Assembly (NCBI GenBank): GCA_043228905.1
Contig: JBHGNT010000001.1
Coordinates: 8,866,001-8,930,000 of the forward strand
Length of the DNA stretch: 64,000 bases
Source: Azolla caroliniana
Lineage: Eukaryota; Plantae; Polypodiophyta
Reading direction: 5' to 3'
Below, one piece after another: positions 24,721 to 38,189 of this stretch; position 1 is the stretch's first letter, and the number at the start of each line of letters is the position of its first letter. A program made the translations under genes and the position numbers. Below the pieces are notes generated by a model. That model saw only the letters and a program-made list of their open reading frames with translations, did no database searches and was not told the origin of the DNA.

Positions 24721-25300
24721 TTAAACTTTGCCATATTCAGTTTGCTAACTAATGTGAAGTCGTATTTTTTTAATTTTGTTCAATGTCACAGCCTTGGAAA
24801 ATAGAGAGTGACTCCAAATTTTGATCGTGAAGAACAAGAATGCATCATACATTTCCACTTTCGTTAATAATTGTTAAATAAAATATTACTATAGGTATGT
24901 TTACACTAAATAGGCAATGTGGTGATGCAATCCATGCAATTCTGTTTTTTAGCAAATTTTACGATTTCTCGATAATGTTTCACATTACAAAAATTAGAGG
25001 TAGACTTTCCATTATGCTATAAGCCAAGGAGTATGATTCTAATATAGCATGAAATGTCTTATTTATATTCACAACTATATTGAGATTAAAAATTCAATGA
25101 GTAGTCCCTCCATTGCAAGATGTTTATTACAATGCCTCTCCTTAAATAGTTAACATGTGAGTTGGGGGCTCTGTTCAAATATATACCTCAATGTAGAATA
25201 CAATTTGTATTATGTATAGCTCAGAATGTACCAAAATTTGCTGATGTTTCAGGTCTTCTATTTGAAACCTCTATGTATTTATTAACTGTACGACTCTAGA

Positions 25301-27384
25301 TTAGGCATCTACTAAACCATGTCCTTCACGAATGCTGGATTGCGAGAGCTCTCTTTTGGTGGTGATTTCACCTCCCTCCGATGTCGATATTTGAACTAGT
25401 GGAGAGTATTTTACATGACCAAGCTCACGAACAATGGGATCCACGGGTAACATCTTCCAAATTATGCCCATGGCAATCAAAAGCAAGCCTGTGACATGTT
25501 GCTCTGAAAACGGCTTCGTAAACACTAGGTAGGACAGTAACAATGTCAGTGCTTTGCGACCCGTCGTGACCTAAGCTCAAACCCAAGGAAAATTTCATCA
25601 AGGACATGCGAGTAACATAACATCAATGAAACACCCTAGACACGACAATATTTTAGCATGCTAAATTACCATAGATGTGGTAGCTGCGCCGAAAAGAGCA
25701 ATGAGAGAAAGCACAGAGAGTTGGCCTACAAATGTCGCCATTGCTTCAAATATCAACACAAGGTAAACGTAGGCGTGCTATGATTGTCAAAGAAAGAAAG
25801 AAAGAAATATTAGTAGGAAACCCGAATATATGTATATAATAACATAACCGCGAACAAACATACCCTAGGTACTAAAATCTAGAAAGACCTTACCCTAGTA
25901 AAAGTTTGAGAGATACTCCATGATCTCATGATCTCACCTGTGAACAAGCTGTCCAAGCCCTGAATAGCTCTCCCGTAAGAATCATCGGGACCACAAGAAA
26001 TGGTAATCCGACAGCAGTCGAACAAAACAACATCTCTACCTAAGTAGAAACCATATCTAGATTTATAAACATATGACACTTTCCAAAACGAATATGAGAA
26101 ACAACAAGGTTTGTATTCAAGAATTCGGGTATACTTTACTTGAGATGTTCCCGGGTTCATGGTAAATATAGCCTCTTGAAGGTTCCCCATGAAGGCATCG
26201 AGGACGAGTGCTCCACATATCATAACCACACCTATGACACTAAAATTGGGGGACATATTGGCGTCCGCCAGTGTGAACACGATCAATCCCGTGACGAGCA
26301 AGCAAGCCGAGAAATAATCATGGAGCTTGTACTTGCGACGGAGACCGGGTACAAACGCGCCCATTAACATGACCGGAAGGACCTAGTGAAATACAACAAG
26401 ACCATGAATTTTTGTTTTCGGGTTAAGAATTTGCACTTGTTTTTTTTTGTGTCCTTTACCTTTGTCGACTTGAACATGATTTGGGCGGGGTAATTGAGGT
26501 AGGCTAGGGATCCCTTGGTGAGGCCATGTGAACCCATTAACACTCCAGAGAGCTTCCAATAAGCTTTCCATGGGTTCACCATGTGCTTCAATCGGAAGCC
26601 TTGCCATGCCAAGAGACCCATGTAAATGAAACTCTGAACAAATGTGAAATACCATCCAAAGCTGCCCATTTTCCAGGGATTCACATTAGGACTCAATGTG
26701 GAATGAATTTACATGAGAAATTTCAAATTTTGGTTAATGAATTTTCTTCCATACCTGAATTGAAGCTGATTGTATACGTATTCCTGGAGAGACAACATAT
26801 ATACATTGAGTGATCGTGAATCAAACAAGCCATAGGGAAGTATTTGAATTATATATATATAAGAAGCCTAATAATCCTTAGTGTGCACGCTTAAAACTTT
26901 GATAATGCACTGAATTTAGTCGGAATGAAATGATCAAATCACAAAAACGATTGATTAACTTCAGCAAAAATAGAAATGGGATCAAATTCAACAAAACCAG
27001 ACGCGATCTAATCTTGTAGGTAAATTGGCCATTAAAAAAAGTACGCAAGAAAATGGAAGAGGAAAGTGATGGATTTTTTGCTGGAACAAATGCTAGAAAA
27101 ATGCAGCAGGATAAAAGAAAAAGAAAAGAACTGGAAAGAAAAGGAAAGAAAAGGAAGGATAACATGTTTTTTGAAATCTTGAGAGAATGGTAATAATCAT
27201 TTGAACGAGTTAATGTTACCTCGCAAACTCCATTGATCATGTAGCCGAAGAAGAAACCAGCAGAGCAGATGAGGAGCTGGAAGGTTCTAGGTTTGGAAGT
27301 GAGAGTGATGCCAAGGAGGCTGATAACCTTCTCTTCACTGATTACAGTATCACTTGTGGAAGAAGATTTCAGTATATCAGACAT
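25301..27384 (-). CDS. UDP-galactose/UDP-glucose transporter (UTr2/UTr4-like, SLC35B-type nucleotide-sugar transporter), 372 aa, 7 exons
   Basis: Exons 27384-27220, 26783-26755, 26661-26460, 26382-26140, 26039-25938, 25777-25670 and 25570-25301. All introns are GT-AG and total 1119 nt in frame. Motifs include [62 protein letters not shown] and [20 protein letters not shown]. Confidence 0.93.
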
Positions 27385-28420
27385 ACCTCTTTCTCTCTAT
27401 CTCGGTATCAGAAGAAACCTGTCTTGATCAAAATGGTTTTGTCAGGAAAAACGCGATCAGACCTGTCGTCTTGATCAAATGGCTATGAAGTCAGGAGGAG
27501 GTTGGGCTAATCTATATGGGCCCTTCTTGGTATATTATTTATACATATAATTAGGTAGGAGCAGAGCAGAGGTCTTCTGTGGCTGAATCTTCTGTTTCGT
27601 TTTATGCGAGACAGGTCTCTGTTTTCTGCTGCTGTCTGAGGTTTTTCTTCTCAGGATTTGGTATATAACTGTAAAGAGAGAGACAGAGTCGTGGAAAAGA
27701 AAATGGGAAAACAAATTCTGAGAAATTAATTTAAATGCGATAAATAAATAAGAAATGCGCTAAATTAAACCTACTCTCTTCTCTTCTCTGTAATGTAATG
27801 TAAATTACTTACTGTATAAATTGAGTTTCTGTCGATTGGAGATTCCAGAAAATCAAGCGTTTTTAAATTATTATTATTTATATTAAATTCTACTGTTTAT
27901 ATGTAGTTTTTCGATTTATTTTTGTTTTTTTTTTAATATATTCTCTGCTATCTATCTATCTATCACTTTTTCTTGCCATGCATGCAACCAACCAAAAAAT
28001 TTGCTTCTTCTTCTTCTTCTTCTTTGAGTGGTTTAGTTATAACTAATTCACGCACGCACACACACACACACACGCACACACACACACACACAGCATTTTA
28101 TTTTCTTCGAAGGCTTTCCTACTTCCCATTGTTTTTTTCCTTTCCTCTGCTACATATTTATTTGTGTGTGGTTTTTTGCAATTTAAGATCCTCAGAGAAA
28201 AAAGCGATTCGCAGGATAACATGATGATGATTCATTGATTGATGGATGGATGGATGACCTTCCAAAGATATTTCCATTCCTTCTGATTTTGACAGAGAGA
28301 GAGAGAGAGAGAGAGAGAGGAGCAAATCCAAAAGAAAATAATGAAAAAAAAAAACTAACTAATAGACTGCCAAAAATATCCCAAAATCATTAAAATCCCA
28401 AGAATAAATGAATGAAATAC

Positions 28421-28451
<31 letters not shown>

Positions 28452-28646
28452 TTGCCGTTTCTCTTCAAATGGGAAATTTATTTATTGCTCTTGCCCTCCT
28501 CCTACTCCTCCTTAGTCTCTATTCCTCTACTCCTGATATGTGGACTTATTCTTTAGGTGGGACAGCCTCATGTAGTAGTTTTACGATAACTTAACTTCAT
28601 TTAAACATATGAGTCTAAATAAAAGATTTGAGTTTATGTAGACATA

Positions 28647-29556
28647 CAGTAACCATTCGGTTAAGTGCGTGCCCACTTAAGTGCACCATTCTATTAAGTG
28701 CGCTTTTTTTTATATAGAGGTCAAAATCCCGATCAAAAAATTTACATTGTTCATGATGAAATTACATCAAACGAAATTAAAACTATGTTCCAAACATTCA
28801 AAAAACAATAAAAGAAAGGAGTTTCTAACAAAAAAGAATTTTAAAAGAATTTGTTACGTGATGGTGGGTGGGGTCTCGTGATTGTGGGTGGGGCACAAAG
28901 AGAAATGCAAGGAAAAAAGAACCAAATTTCAGAATTGGTCTCTCCAATCGTAGCGTTTGTGTGCGTGTTATGTGTTGTATGTGTGTGTGTTTCTATGAGT
29001 AGGTAATTTTGATTCTCGTTAAAGAAAATAAACTTTCCTACTTAACCCAATTATCCATTTCCTTTTCCGTATTCATTCATTCTTAATTATGTTTCTTTCT
29101 TTCTCTCCCTCCCTCACTTTCTTAATTTTGTTTCTTTCTCTCCATCTCTCCTCCTCTCTCTTTTCTGGTCTCCTCCATCTCCATCTCTACTACGATTCCT
29201 CAAACCTACCACCACTAGGAAGAGAATGCAAGGAAAAATCTCATAATATCCAAGGAAGTTCATTAGGTAGGCCTAGCAAAAAGGCAAAAACTCAAGGTAA
29301 TATGGAATCGGGAAAAAGTGATATCCCACAAGACTATGCTGAAACCATAAACATTTCAAGTCAATTATATCACATTAATCGATCACTTTTCTAATGAAGA
29401 AACATATGATACGAACACAGATGGGAAAAATTTCAAGAAACCCTAAATTTTTTCAAAAAGCCCCAAATTTTTTCAGAAAACCCCTAAATGCGCAGCTCGG
29501 TTAAGTGCGCACTTCACCCATGCGTTCAAAGTACGAACTTAACCGAATGGTTACTA
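28647..29556. mobile_element. Tc1/mariner (pogo-like) MITE, ~910 bp
   Basis: Perfect 19-bp inverted repeats AGTAACCATTCGGTTAAGT (28648-28666) and ACTTAACCGAATGGTTACT (29537-29555). The left end reads TA|CAGT. Subterminal TTAAGTGCG repeats. The right TA is degenerate. No transposase. Confidence 0.8.
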
Positions 29557-31129
29557 TGTCATGTTAAGGTTTTAGGTTTGAATGTTCAACAATGAATTAT
29601 GTTGTTTTAAACAACTTTTGCGCTAACAAATAAAAGAAATGAGGGGCAAGGATAATATTAGTAATCAAACATTGTGCCTTTTGTTCTAGTGAATCCAAAT
29701 ATCAACTTTTGATTAATACATTGTACTATGCATGGGTAGCCTAACTTTGGTAGTGTTGCATTCATATAAACATTATTATTTAGATCGTGGCCCAAGCAAG
29801 CTTAGAAATCCAACTTCGTGAAAAAAAGATGTACATGAATGAAAACAAAATCAATATGTTTTATTGAAGTATTAACTTACACATGTGATATGTATCATCC
29901 TTTTAAGAATTTGAAAGACATGTCCCCGACTCCCCCCACATATATGATGAGATGACATTTAGCGGATCGTGCTTAGTGCCGATTAATGCTTTGTTATGGT
30001 ATTAACTCAATGGTTGATAGATTGACTTTAAATGAGCAAGTATTGATCCTACTATCAAATATATTCGGCCAAATTATCGCTTGGCTATCGATGTCTTATT
30101 TATGCACTCTTTAATCATGAACGTCATTTTTCCTCATTTTTCCTCATAATTCTTCAACCATTCGAACATCTTACATTTTGCTTTGGGCTTTCCGTTGTTG
30201 TTTGCGTAATTGGCAACAAGTCTTTATTGGTGGTAATGATTGGTAGTGTGCGAATGGCAACAATGACTTCAATGATGGTGGCAATGACTTGCCCCATGAT
30301 AGAAGTAGAGATGACATCATAGTGACATTGACATGCCCCTTGCAAGCAACGACAAGCCACACGAAAACATTGACATGTAGCAATATTGTGAACCAATGGT
30401 GTTATTAGGATTTGATTGATGCCAATATAGTGACACATATTGGTAGAGCATTGTTCTATTAATTCGAGTTGAGAAAACCTTCATCATATAAGAGTTATGA
30501 AGGAGTGTATATTCTTAATAGTAATACAATATCTAGGCCACAAGATCCGGCTCGTAGTGGCCGGTGATGAAGGGCACTAGTTTATAGATATAGGTACCTA
30601 ATCACATTAACTAGTCAGTTTGAAAGGATATGTACTTAGTCTCATATTCTTGAACTCGGTCCGAGGGTGATTCCCCGATTTATGTATGAGCCACCTTGTA
30701 TTGTTGTTTTGTAATAATCAATCCTAACTAATGGGAAAGTAGCTTCTTTTTGGAAACAAAAAAATAGTAATACAATATCATAAGGTGAGATATAGCAAAC
30801 AAATTGACTAACAACTCTTCATTAATTTTGTTCATAGTATTTAAGTGGTAACTAATAACTACGCATAACGAAACTCCACTAGAAGTGAACATGGTGTTAG
30901 TGTCATGAACGCATGTTGTCACAATATAATGAGATTGTCTACACTATGATTTTCTATCTTACTTAACATTGCAACTATCATCATTAATTACTCATAACAA
31001 AAATCCACTACAAGTGAATATGTTGTTAGTGTCATGGAAGCATTACACAATTTAATGAGAAGGTAAACATCACGTACTTTCTATGATGGAAAACATCACA
31101 TACTATATGTAACATGAACTATCTAACTA

Positions 31130-31500
31130 CAAATGTGGCCATTTGGAATGCAATCATGATAAAATGGACTTGTTTTTACATGCTGGAGATTGTTTTTTCC
31201 TTTACAGGTGGTCTCCTAGCTTGCCGTAGCAAAGGCTTGTGGAAGTGTAGAAGCTATTGACAAGGGAAAAGCAGATATGGCTCTTGTGGATAATGATATA
31301 ATGGTATTGGGCAATGCTTCGATGGACATGTATGACAAATGTGGTGGGTTTGGAACAGCCAAGGAAGTGTTGGAAAAGTTTGGTTTTCAAGATGTGAATA
31401 GCTTGGAATGAACTCATTATAACATATGTCCAGCATGGACAAGGCCACAAAGCACTCGATTCATTTGAACAAATGCAAAGCATGGGCATTTCTCTGATTT
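31130..31500 (+). pseudogene. PLS-class pentatricopeptide repeat (PPR) gene fragment
   Basis: Frameshifted + strand reading gives KACGSVEAIDKGK..., VLGNASMDMYDKCG..TAKEVLEK..., AWNELIITYVQHGQGHKALDSFEQMQSMGIS, which are L-S-P type motifs. No continuous ORF. Confidence 0.75.
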
Positions 31501-33860
31501 GGATAATGGTATGGCATCATTGTAATTTCTTTGCCTATAAAGATTGGCGAGGCCCGGTTTTTTTCTTACTTACCTAGAAAGACTGCCTAGAGTCATTTGG
31601 CATGGCTTTACAATATTCGAAGTAATATTAGCCTATTTTGTACATGGCCTTTGGCCACTTTCATTTTAATACCAATGGAGATATTTTTTCAGGAAAAAAA
31701 AAAACATGAACTATCTAATGTTTAAGTAGAAGCTCACTTTCTGATATTCCCCTCAATTTACTGTCTCACATTACTGCTCTTGCTTGCTCTTTGGCTCTCA
31801 TTCATTGTCACTTACTCTTCTCTGTGCCAATTCACATATGTTTCTCACCAATTCTTACATCCTACTAGATAAAGAGATTAGAAATGATATTCACTCGAAT
31901 ATGTGCAAGTTTTATTGTCCACCAGTAGCATCGGAAATGTTCAAGCTTGAATTACCAAAAACAATTGTAGTATAATTTGAGAACATTTTGTTAACATAGA
32001 TTCCTTACTAAATTGAAAGTTATGTATTTGGGTTTGCAGATCGGTTCAATAAGACGATGATAATATTCAGTTAATTTGATGTGGCATACAATGTACCCAA
32101 CTATGGATGTCACAATATACATGTTTCTTTGCTAGTGCGAAGATCCCATCCAAATACCTTGCACTCAAATAACGAGATATTCATTTTCTTTAAGTAAATT
32201 TGTAAATTCAAATATTCGAATCATCACTAAGATCATCTAGTTTTTTTTTCCAAAAAAAACCCTACTTCCCATTAGTTTGCAAACAAATTACATCAACGTT
32301 CACCACTAAGATTCACAGAGACAACCTTAGTGGGAGGAACAACTCCAACACTAGGAAAACTCACCCTACCTATCCCGCCATACTCTTTTACAACAAAGTT
32401 AGCTGGGTAATACGACTATGATAACTTACTTGGGCCCCATCTAGACATGCATATTTACATCCCATGTACAATATTGGGAGTTGCCAGGGGATACAACAAC
32501 TTGGGCGCTTGGTAGTTCCACTTAGGCATTGTCGAAGATTTGATCATCATGGGAGAACCACCCCATTTTAGTAGAAACTTTGATCTTGACATTTCTGCTT
32601 CGTTCGAAAACCCCTTGAATCAAGTCATACTATCCACGTAGCTAGGCCACCAGCTCGAACAAGATGTTTAGCATCACCTCACTGCATGGAAGCTTTTGCC
32701 TCTGAAAAACAAACTTGCAATGTCTGCTCCAAATGTGCCAGGCCGATAAGCATGCCACCATAAGCCATATCTCTTGAAAAAATTCAAAATTTGTGCCAAG
32801 TCTCACTCCAACGCATTGAAACATGTTGCCACCTTGCACTATAAAACCATTTCCCTGTGGGTTTAACCGTTCTGCCCAACCTTCTCCTTTTACCAGGAGA
32901 CCATGTATGGAACCCCACACAACTTCCCCATTCACATTGCAAGCTGCCACAATTCTAAGGTTTATACACCAAATGTTGATTGCCTCTGTACAATTCCAAA
33001 AACAGTGAGGGATTAATTCCAAAGCATGTCCAACCTCACCACCATGAGAACTCAACCACTCCCCTATAGGTATCGCCTTGTGGCTAAGAAGCCACAAACA
33101 ATCCTTGATTTTTTTTGGCATATCCAATGCCCATAGTCTCCAAGACCTCCAAAACGACTTCAAAGAAGTCATCCGATATGCCTTTATCCTTCCAACTATT
33201 GCGACTTTGTACAACACCCACCGATTTGGAGCCAATGATTTGCCTTCCTAACTTAGTATTGTATTCAAAAACCATTCTCAGCTTGGTTGTAGCTAGGTTT
33301 TGCCACCATATCTCCAATGGATCCCACTCCAAATCACATAGGGGCTTGTTGTAAAAAAGCCATAGTTTACAACATGATCAAGTTTCCCATGGTTTGAGTT
33401 CAATTGCCACCTCTTACCCCCCAAAACTGCCACCCGCACTACCAACCATCTGTCATTGTCCATCAATGCACTTAGTTTGCCCCACAAACAATGCTCGTTA
33501 GATGTGCACCTGCCGTGGATAATTTGTGCGTCACCCTCACCTACAAACCAACTTGATCAAACTCCCTCTTCCACGTTCAACTTATCTAATCCATTAACTG
33601 TGTTATCTATCAGTTGGGTCACCTTCTCTAGCCTTCCATTAAACCTAATGTTACCAGCCTAACCCTCCCACCTTTGCATGTTGAAAACCTCCCAATCTCT
33701 TACCGACCTAACATTGTACTCTAACATACGCCCCCATGGCAAGTATTTTTTTTATCCAAGCATCATACCATCTTCGTTTCTAATCCTCAGATTCCAAAAC
33801 AATGGTCGTAGTCATTCATCAAACAATTTCGATTACATTAAGACAAACCTTCTCTAAGAC

Positions 33861-34162
33861 TTGACCATACCTTCATTATGGTGCGAACTACCCCATCCTC
33901 CATGCTAGCTGGTTCTTTTAACTTTAAACCTGGATTAACATCCACCACGTATTTGCTTGCTAGGGACCGCCATTCCTTGGGCACCAAAGGTCAGCTCTAT
34001 TCCTAAGGAGCTGGACCATGCCTTCATTATGGTGTGAACGACCATATCCTCCATGTGAGTTGGATCTTTTAACTTTAAACCTGGATTAACATCCACCACG
34101 TATTTTCCTGCTAGGGATCGCCATTCCTTGGACACCAAAGGTTATCTCTATTCCTAAGGAGC
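33861..34162. repeat. 151-bp tandem duplication inside LINE A copy 2
   Basis: Units 33861-34011 and 34012-34162. The segment is single-copy in LINE A copy 1 (~22990-23140). Confidence 0.9.
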
Positions 34163-34664
34163 ACCTTCCACAATTATGATCCGAGCTGTAGACTTCGCAC
34201 CAGAAGGTTGCCGAATAGAGCCCTACTTTGGTGAACCGAGTCCACCAGCTTGAGTCCTCCTTGGTTCTTCACTCCACGCCACTTTTACTGATATTGTATC
34301 ATTGTCTCTACTCGACCACAGGAAACTGCTCACCGTTGCCTTAATGTTTTTTATGCAAGCTTTGTCTAACATCCAACACGCCATTGAGAGCCACATGGTG
34401 GGCAACAAAATGTGGTTCACCATGAACACCTTACCTAGCTTTACTTATGTCCATAGCCAAAGTTTTTTTCTAATTTTCTAGTGTTGATTTTTAGGTCCAA
34501 AACTCCTACCAAAAAGCCCAAAAACTTAATAGTCCTCCCTTGGGAACCCATTGAAAATCAGCATTAGGCATCAAATCTGTCGTGGGTTTAGACTTATCCA
34601 GAATCCTTTGCTTTTGTTCCAATTAATTTCCCCCTCTCATGCTTTGCAAAATAGCATAATACGT

Positions 34665-35283
34665 TGTCATGGAGAAAACCGCCCCTAGGAGGAATCAAGG
34701 GGAGGAGGCGTGACCCAATCCTTTTCGCGCGCGTGTGTGTTTATGAATTGTACAAGCTAGGAATAGATCGGTTGATGTACCTATGTACTAGGATGGGTAT
34801 TAATTGTCTAGGGAATCAATGCGTATCTCTGTCCGACAGGACAGAGAATAAAGTTGATATGTTTTGGTGTAACGGTCTCCTCGGCGAACTATAAAAGGGA
34901 GGGGAGAAGAAGAACAAATGATATCACGTTTTGGCGAGGACGAAGTGCTGTCGGACTGGGGACCGAGCTCTCTCCTCCTCAACCGTTGCTCTCCACTGTG
35001 TTTCTGTGTCGGTTGCCTCTGCTGCGTGTAAGCCCGTGTGCTTCCAGTAGAGGCTCCACTGTGCGTTATCTGTGTCGTCTGTGTGTGTGCATGGGACCTC
35101 CGTTCGGGGTCTGTTGCCGGTTTGCCGGTTGTAATCGTTGTTGACATTGTAATTGAATCTTCTGTTCTTGTCTCTCTCTGTGTGTTTCTGTGAATCGCGC
35201 TCCCTCTTCTTTTCTCACGCTCCTTGGTTCAGGGTCCCCGCGGTCCCACCTCATTCCACACGCGAGAGCATAACAACACGACA
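34665..35283 (+). mobile_element. Solo LTR (619 bp) with 4-bp TSD ACGT/ATGT
   Basis: TGTCATG...CACGACA termini and TATA (CTATAAAAGGG ~34890). Flanks are ACGT 34661-34664 and ATGT 34284-type CpG-decayed copy at 35284-35287. The LINE frame (KVKG-R/H-IMLFCKA) is restored on removal. Homologous to 44359-44680 and to the reverse complement of 42382-42470. Confidence 0.85.
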
Positions 35284-36788
35284 ATGTCCTTTGACCTTTT
35301 GTAAATTAGCGCCATTGCCTTGTAGGTAGAGCATGGTGTCATTTGCATACGCAGAGTCCAAGAAATTCTTGCTTACATGTGGGACAACTAAACCCCTTAT
35401 TCCCACATCGGGTATGTTCAAAAAGAAAGAGAACACCTCTGAAATAAATAAATAAAACTAGGGTGCCAACGGGCACCCCTGCCTAACAGACCTGCCTAAT
35501 GGAATCGGTGGGCTCTGATGCCCCGTCACCAATACCCTACTCGAGCTTCCTTTGTAAAGGGCCAACGCAACCTATCTCCATTTTGATGGTAATCCCAACC
35601 CGTCCATGACTTTTTCGAAAAAAGACCATTAAACTCTGTCATGTACGCCTTCTCAAAGTCTAGCATGAGGTAGGCAATGTATTGATTGATTTTCTTTGCC
35701 AAGGCAATCACCTCCCAAAATGTCAACACATTATCAATTATGCATCTGTTTTCCATGAACCTTGTTTGTCCAACATGGATTATTTCATGTAGGTAAGATT
35801 TTACCCTCTTGGCTAGTATATTGGCAAATATCTTATATATTGTGTTGAGCAATTTGATTGGTATCTATTGCCTTGCATAAGTTATTACACCTTGTACCTT
35901 AGGAATTAGAAATATCATCCCCTCTTGGAATTGCTCAAGTAAGAACCCAACATCCTTTACTCTCTTAGTCCATCAACCAAGTCAACCATGATCATGTCCC
36001 AAATTAATTTGAAAAAATCTCATGGTAAGCCATTGGGGCCTAAACATGACGTTCTACAAATACCCGCCAAGGCATCTGTCACCTCCTCTTCCAAGAGAGG
36101 CATCGATAGATTAGCTTCTGTAACATCGGAAAATCTATGTTGCATTCCCTCCAACACGAATTCTATTAGAATAGGTTGTTCGGGGATACTATAGTTATCT
36201 GAGAGCAACCCATGATAGTGTATTGTGACCGCCTCCATGATCTCTGAAATATCCTTCGACATGGAACCATCTTCCTTAATAAGCTTCGGATTGCAACTAC
36301 TATTTGTTCTAGGATTTTCTTGGGTACTCTCGGAAAGAGGCAACTTTAGTTTGAGCCTAATATCATCATACGGAGAATTTATGGATATCATAATTTTTTG
36401 TTTTGTGTATAATCTTAAGAGAATCATTAAAAAAACACTTCTTGAAACCTTCATTATAATTTTCATAAGAATATAACTTCGTTGATTAGATAATCCTTTT
36501 CTATTAGCAATAATAGGAGGTGAACATCAATATGACTACAAGTTGGATAATAATATACCACATGGAAATTAAGGAAGAGTTTCATAATCAAGTTTGAATG
36601 AGAGAATCTCCATGGAAAATAATGTAGGTCTGAGCTAGAAGGATAGAAATGAAAAGTCTAGGCTATGTATTGAGGTTTGAGATTGGATGTGAGATCAAAA
36701 GGGGTATCTCAATCATAAACTAGGCATGTGTTGCAATGTTGTTCTATGCAATAACGTTTAGCATTACACCATCATGTTCGGAAGATTG

Positions 36789-37570
36789 TGCTAGGAAACA
36801 GGTCCCTCCAGATGGGAAGACGAGCACGAGTTGAAGAAAAGGGAGAACCGAATCGGTTCACAACAGCTCGGTGGAGGCTGAAAAATCAAACCAATTGTCC
36901 GATTCGGTCGTGGTCAAATAATCAAGTCCAAATCAATTCAGCTAATAGTCGAATCGGTCGAAGCCGACTCGGGGCTATATCTGTAAATAGAGTTTGTTAC
37001 CCGTAGGAGTGTACGGGGCGGTGTAAGGGTCAAACGCGATAAAGGGGTTATGGTATATGTGTAATGTATACGAGTGTGAGTGAGGATAAATATGTGTATA
37101 TGTACAAAAATGTAACAGTCATATTGTATAACCGTTATATTATGTACTATATAAATCCCCTATGGGGCATGTAATGGAATATAGAATTTTTCCCTCTTAT
37201 TTCAGTGTCATTGTTTCTCTCTCTCTCTCTCTCTCTCACGCATAACCCCTTTCGGAGGGGGGTGGAGCTATTCTTGGCCCCACCCCCCACCCATAAACAC
37301 TTGACACACATGGTGGGACGACCCTCCCTTGAGAAGAAGTCTCTCTCTCCCTCTTTGCTCTACTGTGTCAGTGTGTTGGTGCAACCAATGAAATGATGGG
37401 TGTTCCATGAGAGGAGCTTCTTTGGTGTGTGGCTTTGTGCGTAGAATCTCTGTATGGTGATCCGTTTTTATTAGAGGTTTAAGTCACATGCTCTTATCCT
37501 GCGGAAACCAGAGTTTGGTTTTATCCTTTGTTTCGCTCAATCTATGCACCATATTTTGGCTTGTGACAAT
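36789..37570 (+). mobile_element. LTR-derived sequence; the 5' part is related to the copia LTR starting at 47651
   Basis: TGCTAGGAAACAGGTCCCTCCAGATGGGAAG vs TGTTAGGAAACAGGTCCCTCCGGATGGGAAG, plus shared TCGGGGCTATAT.TGTAAATAG. The right boundary is unclear and more than one element may be present. Confidence 0.55.
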
Positions 37571-38189
37571 AAAATGGGCATTTTTCCATAGCTGCTACCC
37601 TTCCCTACAAAGCTTCTCTTCATTAGAAAAAGAAAAACATGTAGCTTTCGCTTAAGCCCACATCGTGGATTGCAAATATATGACTTGCTCTTTATGTTAT
37701 ATCATATGATTCAATGCATATTTGATTGTGTTGAATACTAAGAGTTATACTACAGCCAAGTTTTTTCATATCCTTCTGCAAATAGATCACAAAGAAAAGA
37801 TTGATTATTATTGCGAAGAAAAGAGAAAAAGAAATGGTGGCTATGAAGAGAAGCGATGAAGTTCAAGAAGTTTTGCAGATGATGAATTTGAATGAAATCG
37901 TTAATGTTGTAAATAATAATCATAACATTAACGAAGAAAGATAGAATTCATGCTATACTGCAGAAGATATTGAGGACATGGGCATCATGTCTGCATCCAC
38001 AATGTTGCCGATGACCTTGTCTAAGAGGACGAGAACTAGAGACTTTACATCTCGATATAAATCAGCCACAATTTCTTCAACCAATGCAACAACCATTATT
38101 GTTGCCCATCGATGCATTTCTCCCAACAGAGTTGGAGGCAGAAGTTCCTCACCAATTTATATGGGAGTGAATGATAAATCTAGAAACAT

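Larger units (their letters stand above)
32280..36330 (-). mobile_element. Decayed 5'-truncated LINE, family A copy 2 (RT to 3' end), interrupted by a solo LTR
   Basis: LNTIYKIFANILAKRVK, LDFEKAY, YANDT, WDPLEIWW and HCFWNC are collinear with 21430-24600. Confidence 0.88.

Noticed and set aside
30154-30438. Cys-rich minus-strand ORFs
   Set aside because: No recognisable zinc-finger spacing, splice context or second copy; probably a decayed repeat.
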